NCBI GenBank assembly: GCA_964016885.1
Contig: OZ024764.1
Coordinates: 9,796,001 to 9,860,000, forward strand
Length of the DNA stretch: 64,000 bases
Direction of reading: 5' to 3'
Origin: Eledone cirrhosa
Lineage: Eukaryota
The position numbers were made by a program, and so were the translations under genes. The notes beneath the pieces are model-generated. The model made no database searches and was not told the origin of the DNA. It saw only the letters and a list, made by a program, of their open reading frames with translations. Positions 54,613 to 64,000 of this stretch are shown here, in pieces (positions within the stretch are counted from its first letter, which is position 1; each line of letters starts with the position of its first letter).

Positions 54613-55112
54613 AATGAGTAGAACCTCGACGGCAGAGCTCAAGCCATTTCAACGGCTAATTCTGCCAGAATTAACCGTCGACACGGCTTGAGCTCAGCCG
54701 TCGGGGTCCTACTCGTTCCTATTACCCACTCTACTACCCTAAGTATTGAGTACTTTGGTGCGTTATGGTCCATCTGGTTCCTGACCACATTTCTTACGTT
54801 ATATATATATATATATATAGCAGTCAAACATACACACACACACACACATATATATATATACTTGTCTATATGTGTGTGTGTGTGCTCTCCTCTCGTCTAT
54901 GGCTGCTATTTCTACATTGTCCTTCTTTTTGTTATTTTTCTCAGGATTTGCCTGGATTCGAACCTGCGACCACCTATTTACAATCTAGAATCTTTACAGC
55001 TTTACTGACTTTTAAGTAATCCAAGTTGTAACCCCCGATTAACTGTGTTTAATTTATTTTGAGGGTATTTTATTACTGGCCTTAGTTAGTCGATCGATCA
55101 AGGCCATGCTGG

Positions 55113-55189
<77 letters not shown>

Positions 55190-56059
55190 ATATATATGTA
55201 TGTGTGCGTGTGTCCTTCTTTCTGTTATTCGCTGCTATTTCTAAAGTGTCCATATATATGATATATATGATATATAAATATATGTAAGTATGTTGCTATG
55301 ACTGCTATTTCTAGCAGGTTTATTTTAGCGTGTAAACTGCACACCCGCAAAATTTTTACCTCGATTTTTGCGATTAAGTAAGACAAAAGTTATCGTCCTT
55401 GTCAAAAATAAAATTTTACTATTATTGAAAATCTTTTGGCTGATTTTAAGCCAAAGTTTTTTAATGGCTGCCACTTCCGGTTTTTATTGTGCGTCTACAG
55501 GACAGCCAGAAACCTGCTAGAAATAGCAGTCATAACAACACACTTATGTATATTTATATATCAGGGATTCTCAACGAGGGGTGCACGCCCCACAGGGGGC
55601 AATTTGAATATAATAGGGGCCAATTAGAAAGAGATATAACGCTACCAAACTTCCCGTTACTCTTCGTCTACACAGGTTATCGTGTATCTGGCAGCCGCTA
55701 CGAGAAGTTTGTTTACGTTTTGGGTTTTTTTTTATCATCGCTGCATCGTAGCTTTGTTTAATTAAAGGATTTCTAATTTATATTACAGTAATATGGTTGT
55801 AACCTCGAATTTTAGGGTGTTAAATTTATTTTAAATATTTTATTATTGGTCTTAGTTGGTCGATCGACTAAGGCCATGCTGGGGCACATTATCGAATATA
55901 TTTAATTGTGAATTTCTGCCCCAATACATATTCTTTTACTGCTACACATACAGCCTCACGTATTTATTTATTATTTTATTTGTTTCACATTTTAAACTGG
56001 CCAAGCTGGGTCACCGCCTTTATTATATATGTGGCCGCATAACACACACGCATGCATAC

Positions 56060-56090
<31 letters not shown>

Positions 56091-57082
56091 CTTCTTTCTT
56101 ATGTTCGTTGCTATTACCTAAAGTCTCCATATATACATATATATATGATATATAAATATATGTGGGTTGCTATGACTGCTATTTCTAGCAGGTTTATTTT
56201 TAGCGTGTAAACTGCACACCCGCAAAATTTTTGCCTCGATTTTTGCGATTAAGTAAGACAAAAGTTATCGTCCTTGTCAAAAATAAAATTTTACTATTAT
56301 TGAAAATCTTTTGGCTGATTTTAAGCCAAAGTTTTTTAATGGCTGCCACTTCCGGTTTTTATTGTGCGTCTACAGGACAGCCAGAAACCTGCTAGAAATA
56401 GCAGTCATAACAACACACTTATGTATATTTATATATCAGGGATTCTCAACGAGGGGTGCACGCCCCACAGGGGGCAATTTGAATATAATAGGGGCCAATT
56501 AGAAAGAGATATAAAGCGACCAAACTCCCAGTTACTCTTCGTCTACACAGGTTATCGTGTATCTCGCAGCCCCTACGAGAAGTTTGTTTACATTTTGATC
56601 ATCGCTGCATCGTAGCTTTGTTTAATTAAAGGATTTATTTATTATTTTATTTGTTTCACGCTTTAAACTGGCCAAGCTGGGTCACCGCCTTTATTATATA
56701 TGTGGCCGCATAACAAACACACACACATGCATACGTATATATATGTGTATGTGTGTGTGTCCTTCTTTCTGTTAATCGCTGATATTGCTGAAGTTTCCAT
56801 ATATGCTAGAAATAGCAGACCAACGAACAAGACCAAATAAGAAGGTTTATATAAACTGCACATGTTATCGTATATCTGGCAGCACTTACGAGAAGTTTGT
56901 TTACATTCTGGGGTTTGTTTTGATCATCGCTGCATCGTAGCTTTGTTTAATTAAAGCATTTCTATTTTATATTACAGTAATAACACTTTTACAACACTCA
57001 GTTTGTTTTTATTTTAAAGGGGAACATAAACATATTCTAGATGCTGAGGTGGGGCTTGTAACAGAAAAGGTTGGGGACTACT
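51850..57082. mobile_element. ~5.2-kb foldback (large inverted repeat) built from hAT-MITE-like modules; related module at ~34770-35150
   Basis: Outer ends cagtgatcccc / ggggactactg; internal cagggattctcaac ends; modules at 52170-53720 recur reverse-complemented at 54880-56860. Confidence 0.8.
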
Positions 57083-57170
57083 GATATATAGTTATTTATT
57101 TATGTCCTTCTTTCTGTTGTTTTCTAAACTCTAAACTCAGCATTTTTATTTCGTTCTCTGGGATTCTAGC

Positions 57171-57204
<34 letters not shown>

Positions 57205-57659
57205 ATAATAATAAATTTGTTATTTTAATAAATATATATATATGGCAGTCACCCTCACTTCGCATGGACTCGAAAAAGCCGGTGCTATTCCTAATTGTTA
57301 GGGTTATAATTTGACTAAAGTGCTTACTCAAGCTGATCGTGGCCGTTGGCGACTGTTTTCTGTGCTGAAAAAGCCTAATACTAAAATATATATATATATA
57401 TGTAAAAGATAAACAGAAATAACAACACAATCGGTACAGTATATGGAAGGGATATATTAGGTTAACGCTTGATATAGCAGGAAGAGTGTGTGTGTTTGTT
57501 CTGCGACATTTGTATTTATAATTATATTAATAAATATCTAATAATGTGAATATTTAAATTTGAGGTTTAAATAGTTTATTTTTGACATACAATTCTGTAA
57601 GCGTTCTGGTAGCTATGTTGATACAAGTGCTGGACTTTTAAGCCTACATAGTGTATCTA

Positions 57660-57935
57660 CAGGTTCTGCTGTGTGTTGGGCTGAGAGGCCAAGCTCCTCA
57701 AATACCGGTCGCCCTCCGACAGGTTTGCGGTCGTACCCCTGGCAGTGGAGACTTCTGGTGTCCTCGGCCCCAGGGCTACCTCCCTACTCACCACCATAGG
57801 CGCTGAGCTGGCCAGCCGCAGGTGTGAACCCCGCGAGTTGGAGTGGCTTTTCCAGCACGTCTCCCTTGCTGTCCTCCGTGGGAACACCTTCTCCATCCTG
57901 TCCGCCGGGGCTGGGGGAGGGCCCATCGCGTAACA
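57660..57935 (+). mobile_element. CRE-clade RLE 3' fragment, second family
   Basis: AERPSSS/KLLKY..PLAVETSGVLGP..WLFQHVSLAVLRGN. Confidence 0.78.
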
Positions 57936-59127
57936 TTCCATATTTAGGTATCCAGATTAATGGTTTTTATATACACACCACTTGTATTTATCTTCCCATA
58001 TATAAGTGATTACATCCTCGTTATATCCTTATCTAGGATTGTAGAATTAATATTATTTAATCATTATTTTAACAAACAAGGTTTACTTTGTCTTTCATCC
58101 TTACAGGGTCGATAAAATAAAGTACCAGTAATGCACTGGGTAATTGCTGGCCTTGTGCCAAAAGTAGAAACAATTATTTTAACAAACAAATTATACTTAT
58201 ATAATTGTTTCTACTTTAGGCACAAGGCCAGCAATTACCCAGTGCATTACTGGTACTTTATTTTATCGACCCTGTAAGGATGAAAGGCAAAGTCAACCTC
58301 GGCGGGATTTGAACTCAGATCGTAAAGGGACGTAACTATGCTGGAAAGCATGGCGTCCGATCCTCTACCGATACTGCCAATCCACCGCCCTTATTATACT
58401 TATATAATGTCACAACATTGTGATTCTGAATCTGACTGAGATGTAGACACATGGGTGTGAATAAGGTAAGACTAAACAGTAGTAGGTTAGAATATTATAC
58501 ACACAGGATTGAGGTAATACCAAATCAGTGTAGGTCCCAGTTACACACACAGATATGAGAAACGAACTCATGTTCGCTATCAAACACCCTAAATATGACC
58601 AACAACATTAAACAAGGCATGAAGGAAAACATCTTTTTGACTTCGATTTTGAAAATAGGTTTATATATATTAAATTTTCAAGAGTTTTAAGCAACTGTCA
58701 TGGTGGCTTGGTGGGAAATACCACAGATGGTGGAGACCCTGGACTGAGGTTCAATCCTGGCCAGGAGACTATTATAGGGGTTCATATAAGACTTTTTCAT
58801 TTTTTTTTCTTCTCACTTCTCATCTCTCGAGATAAATACATGTACATAAAGTAAATTGGTAGAGTCGTTAGAACATCAGATAGAATTCCTTGTAGTATTT
58901 TTTCCAGTTCTCTGCTCTGAAGCCAAATCCTGCCAAGTTCAACTTACCTTTCTTCCATTCGAGGTTGATAAAAAAAGTACCAGTCAAATACTAGGGATTA
59001 ATTCTTCCTCTTTATCTCTTTCTCACTCTCTCTCCTTCTCTGGAAGAAATCTGTTTTATTCAGACCTGGAGAGGAGATGTGCTCTGCCGGGTTTTATAAG
59101 TTATGCGATTATATCTGCATGCAACAC

Positions 59128-59410
59128 CACTGTGTACTAAGTGTAGATTTTGATATCCTTGTTCAGGGCCTTCCTAACATTACTGTGTACTAAGTGTAGA
59201 TTTTGATATCCTTGTTCAGGGCCTTCCTAACATTACTGTGTACTAAGTGTAGATTTTGATATCCTTGTTCAGGACCTTCCTAACATTACTGTGTACTAAG
59301 TGTGGCATTTTACATCCATGTTCTGTGCCTTCCTAACACCACTGTGTATTAAGTATAGCTTTTAACATCATCCTTGTTCAGGGCCTTCATAATACCAGAC
59401 TGTGTAAAGT
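59128..59410. repeat. 53-bp tandem repeat, ~5 copies
   Basis: Unit actgtgtactaagtgtagattttgatatccttgttcagggccttcctaacatt. Confidence 0.9.
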
Positions 59411-59545
59411 GTATATTACATTGCAGGGGAACTAAGTAGGTTGTTGAATCCTTAAGGTTCTGTAGTGTACCCTAGTTGACCTTAATGGTAGCACCAGCCC
59501 TGTATAAAACTGTGATACTTTAAGGTTCAGTAATGTACCTATCTG

Positions 59546-62500
59546 AGGTCTGTGCCCTAGGTGGCTCTGTGTCTCTCTCAGGTCTGTACCCTAGGTGGCT
59601 CTGTGTCTCACTAAGGTCTGTACCCTAGGTGGCTCTGTGTCTCACTAAGGTCTGTACACTAGGTGGCTCTGTGTCTCACTAAGGTCTGTACCCTAGGTGG
59701 CTCTGTGTCTCACTAAGGTCTGTACCCTAGGTGGCTCTGTGTCTCTCTAAGGTCTGTACCCTAGGTGGCTCTGTGTCTCTCTAAGGTCTGTACCCTAGGT
59801 GGCTCTGTGTCTCTCTAAGGTCTGTACCCTAGGTGGCTCTGTGTCTCTCTAAGGTCTGTACCCTAGGTGGCTCTGTGTCTCTCTAAGGTCTGTACCCTAG
59901 GTGGCTCTGTGTCTCTCTGTGGTCTGTACCCTAGGTGGCTCTGTGTCTCTCTAAGGTCTGTAGCCTAGGTGGCTCTGTGTCTCTCTGAGGTCTGTACCCT
60001 AGGTGGTTCTGTGTCTCACTAAGGTCTGTACCCTAGGTGGCTCTGTGTCTCTCTAAGGTCTGTACCCTAGGTGGCTCTGTGTCTCTCTAAGGTCTGTACC
60101 CTAGGTGGCTCTGTGTCTCTCTAAGGTCTGTACCCTAGGTGGCTCTGTGTCTCTCTGAGGTGTGTACCCTAGGTGGATCTGTGTCTCTCTGAGGTCTGTA
60201 CCCTAGATGGCTCTGTGTCTCTCTCAGGTCTGTACCCTAGGTGGCTCTGTGTCTCTCTCAGGTCTGTACCCTAGATGGCTCTGTGTCTCTCTCAGGTCTG
60301 TACCCTAGGTGGATCTGTGTCTCACTAAGGTCTGTACCCTAGGTGGCTCTGTGTCTCACTAAGGTCTGTACCCTAGGTGGCTCTGTGTCTCTCTCAGGTC
60401 TGTACCCTAGGTGGCTCTGTGTCTCTCTGAGCTCTGTACCCTAGGTGGCTCTGTGTCTCTCTAAGGTCTGTACCCTGGGTGGCTCAGTGTCTCTCTGAGG
60501 TCTGTACCCTAGGTGGCTCTGTGTCTCACTAAGGTCTGTACCCTAGGTGGCTCTGTGTCTCTCTCAGGTCTGTACCCTAGGTGGCTCTGTGTCTCTCTAA
60601 GGTCTGTACCCTAGCTGGCTCTGTGTCTCACTGAACCCTAGGTGGCTGGGTGTCTCTCTAAGGTCTGTACCCTAGGTGGCTCTGTGTCTCTCTCAGGTCT
60701 GTACCCTAGGTGGCTCTGTGTCTCACTAAGGTCTGTACCCTAGGTGGCTCTGTGTCTCTCTGTGGTCTGTACCCTAGGTGGCTCTATGTCTCTCTGTGGT
60801 CTGTACCCTAGGTGGCTCTATGTCTGTCTAAGGTCTGTACCCTAGGTGGCTCTGTGTCTCACTAAGGTCTGTACCCTAGGTGGCTCTATGTCTGTCTAAG
60901 GTCTGTACCCTAGGTGGCTCTGTGTCTCCCTGAGGTCTGTACCCTAGGTGGCTCTGTGTCTCACTAAGGTCTGTACCCTAGGTGGCTCTATGTCTGTCTA
61001 AGGTCTGTACCCTAGGTGGCTCTGTGTCTCCCTGAGGTCTGTACCCTAGGTGGCTCTGTGTCTCACTAAGGTCTGTACCCTAGGTGGCTCTATGTCTGTC
61101 TAAGGTCTGTACCCTAGGTGGCTCTGTGTCTCTCTAAGGTCTGTACCCTAGATGGCTCTGTGTCTCTCTAAGGTCTGTACCCTAGATGGCTCTGTGTCTC
61201 TCTAAGGTCTGTACCCTAGGTGGCTCTGTGTCTCTCTGTGGTCTGTACCCTAGGTGGCTCTATGTCTGTCTAAGGTCTGTACCCTAGGTGGCTCTGTGTC
61301 TCTATGAGGTCTGTACCCTAGGTGGCTCTGTGTCTCTCTAAGGTCTGTACCCTAGCTGGCTCTGTGTCTCTATGAGGTCTGTACCCTAGGTGGCTCTGTG
61401 TCTCTCTAAGGTCTGTACCCTAGCTGGCTCTGTGTCTCACTGAACCCTAGGTGGCTGGGTGTCTCTCTAAGGTCTGTACCCTAGGTGGCTCTGTGTCTCT
61501 CTAAGGTCTGTACCCTAGGTGGCTCTGTGTCTCTCTAAGGTCTGTACCCTAGGTGGCTCTGTGTCTCTCTAAGGTCTGTACCCTAGGTGGCTCTATGTCT
61601 CTCTGTGGTCTGTACCCTAGGTGGCTCTATGTCTGTCTAAGGTCTGTACCCTAGGTGGCTCTGTGTCTCACTAAGGTCTGTACCCTAGGTGGCTCTATGT
61701 CTGTCTAAGGTCTGTACCCTAGGTGGCTCTGTGTCTCCCTGAGGTCTGTACCCTAGGTGGCTCTGTGTCTCTCTGTGGTCTGTACCCTAGGTGGCTCTAT
61801 GTCTGTCTAAGGTCTGTACCCTAGGTGGCTCTGTGTCTCCCTGAGGTCTGTACCCTAGGTGGCTCTGTGTCTCACTAAGGTCTGTAGCCTAGGTGGCTCT
61901 GTGTCTCCCTGAGGTCTGTACCCTAGGTGGCTCTGTGTCTCACTAAGGTCTGTACCCTAGGTGGCTCTGTGTCTCTCTGTGGTCTGTACCCTAGGTGGCT
62001 CTATGTCTGTCTAAGGTCTGTACCCTAGGTGGCTCTGTGTCTCTCTGTGGTCTGTACCCTAGGTGGCTCTATGTCTGTCTAAGGTCTGTACCCTAGGTGG
62101 CTCTATGTCTGTCTAAGGTCTGTACCCTAGGTGGCTCTGTGTCTCACTAAGGTCTGTAGCCTAGGTGGCTCTGTGTCTCCCTGAGGTCTGTACCCTAGGT
62201 GGCTCTGTGTCTCACTAAGGTCTGTACCCTAGGTGGCTCTGTGTCTCTCTGTGGTCTGTACCCTAGGTGGCTCTATGTCTGTCTAAGGTCTGTACCCTAG
62301 GTGGCTCTGTGTCTCCCTGAGGTCTGTACCCTAGGTGGCTCTGTGTCTCTCTGTGGTCTGTACCCTAGGTGGCTCTATGTCTGTCTAAGGTCTGTACCCT
62401 AGGTGGCTCTGTGTCTCCCTGAGGTCTGTACCCTAGGTGGCTCTGTGTCTCACTAAGGTCTGTAGCCTAGGTGGCTCTGTGTCTCTTTGAGGTCTGTACT

Positions 62501-63938
62501 CTAGGTGGCTCTGTGTCTCTCTGAGGTCTGTACCCTAGGTGGCTCTGTGTCTCTCTGAGGTCTGTACCCTAGGTGGCTCTGTGTCTCTCTCAGGTCTGTA
62601 CCCTAGGTGGCTCTGTGTCTCTCTGAGGTCTGTACCCTAGGTGGCTCTGTGTCTCTCTAAGGTCTGTACCCTAGGTGGCTCTGTGTCTCTCTAAGGTCTG
62701 TACTCTAGGTGGCTCTGTGTCTCTCTAAGGTCTGTACCCTAGGTGGCTCTGTGTCTCTCTAAGGTCTGTACTCTAGGTGGCTCTGTGTCTCTCTAAGGTC
62801 TGTACCCTAGGTGGCTCTGTGTCTCTCTAAGGTCTGTACTCTAGGTGGCTCTGTGTCTCTCTGAGGTCTGTACCCTAGGTGGCTCTGTGTCTCTCTGACG
62901 TCTGTACCCTAGGTGGCTCTGTGTCTCTCTAAGGTCTGTACTCTAGGTGGCTCTGTGTCTCTCTGAGGTCTGTACCCTAGGTGGCTCTGTGTCTCTCTGA
63001 GGTCTGTACCCTAGGTGGCTCTGTGTCTCTCTGACGTCTGTACCCTAGGTGGCTCTGTGTCTCTCTAAGGTCTGTACTCTAGGTGGCTCTGTGTCTCTCT
63101 GAGGTCTGTACCCTAGGTGGCTCTGTGTCTCTCTGACGTCTGTACCCTAGGTGGCTCTGTGTCTCACTAAGGTCTGTACCCTAGGTGGATCTGTGTCTCT
63201 CTAAGGTCTGTACCCTAGGTGGCTCTGTGTCTCTCTAAGGTCTGTACCCTAGGTGGCTCTGTGTCTCTCTGAGGTCTGTACCCTAGGTGGCTCTGTGTCT
63301 CTCTGACGTCTGTACCCTAGGTGGCTCTGTGTCTCTCTAAGGTCTGTACCCTAGGTGGCTCTGTGTCTCTCTAAGGTCTGTACCCTAGGTGGCTCTGTGT
63401 CTCTCTAAGGTCTGTACCCTAGGTGGCTCTGTGTCTCACTAAGGTCTGTACCCTAGGTGGCTCTGTGTCTCTCTGAGGTCTGTACCCTAGGTGGCTCTGT
63501 GTCTCTCTGACGTCTGTACCCTAGGTGGCTCTGTGTCTCTCTAAGGTCTGTACCCTAGGTGGCTCTGTGTCTCTCTAAGGTCTGTACTCTAGGTGGCTCT
63601 GTGTCTCTCTCAGGTCTGTACCCTAGGTGGCTCTGTGTCTCTCTAAGGTCTGTACCCTAGGTGGCTCTGTGTCTCTCTAAGGTCTGTACTCTAGGTGGCT
63701 CTGTGTCTCTCTAAGGTCTGTACCCTAGGTGGATCTGTGTCTCTCTAAGGTCTGTGCCCTAGGTGGCTCTGTGTCTCTCTAAGGTCTGTGCCCTAGGTGG
63801 CTCTGTGTCTCTCTAAGGTCTGTGCCCTAGGTAGCTATGTCTCACTAAGGTCTGTACCCTAGGTGGTTGGGTGTCTTATTAAGGTCCGTACCCTAGGGTG
63901 CCCTGTCCTGTGCCTTAGGTGACTCTGTGTCTCTCTAA
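59546..63938. repeat. 34-bp minisatellite, ~129 copies
   Basis: Unit ggtctgtaccctaggtggctctgtgtctctctaa. Confidence 0.98.
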
Positions 63939-64000
63939 GATATAGATAACACATGATATATAACATGCTATATATAATGTATATATAATGCAGGATATAT

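Overview
Eukaryotic, AT-rich, repeat-dominated animal DNA. The SINE/LINE content suggests a coleoid cephalopod such as octopus, but that is inference. Host genes on the + strand are the last nine coding exons of a TMEM120 (TACAN) homologue (10900-29075), whose final exon carries a ~270-aa Ser/Thr/Pro repeat tail, and two exons of a clan-3 cytochrome P450 (41271-41727) with an in-frame TGA. Mobile DNA includes the 5' part of a Tx1/L1 retrotransposon, RTE, CR1, CRE and R4/Dong-like fragments, two tRNA-SINE families, a deleted Tc1 element, Helentron-like elements, a ~5.2-kb foldback and more than ten tandem arrays, several amplified from inside retroelements. The main signal not explained by the ORF track is a dense set of short, (TA)n-flanked, partly palindromic non-coding elements. 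They belong to several diverged families and carry type I hammerhead ribozyme folds: about seven with intact cores plus degenerate copies. They resemble Penelope pseudo-LTR or retrozyme-like elements. All folds and alignments were done by eye.
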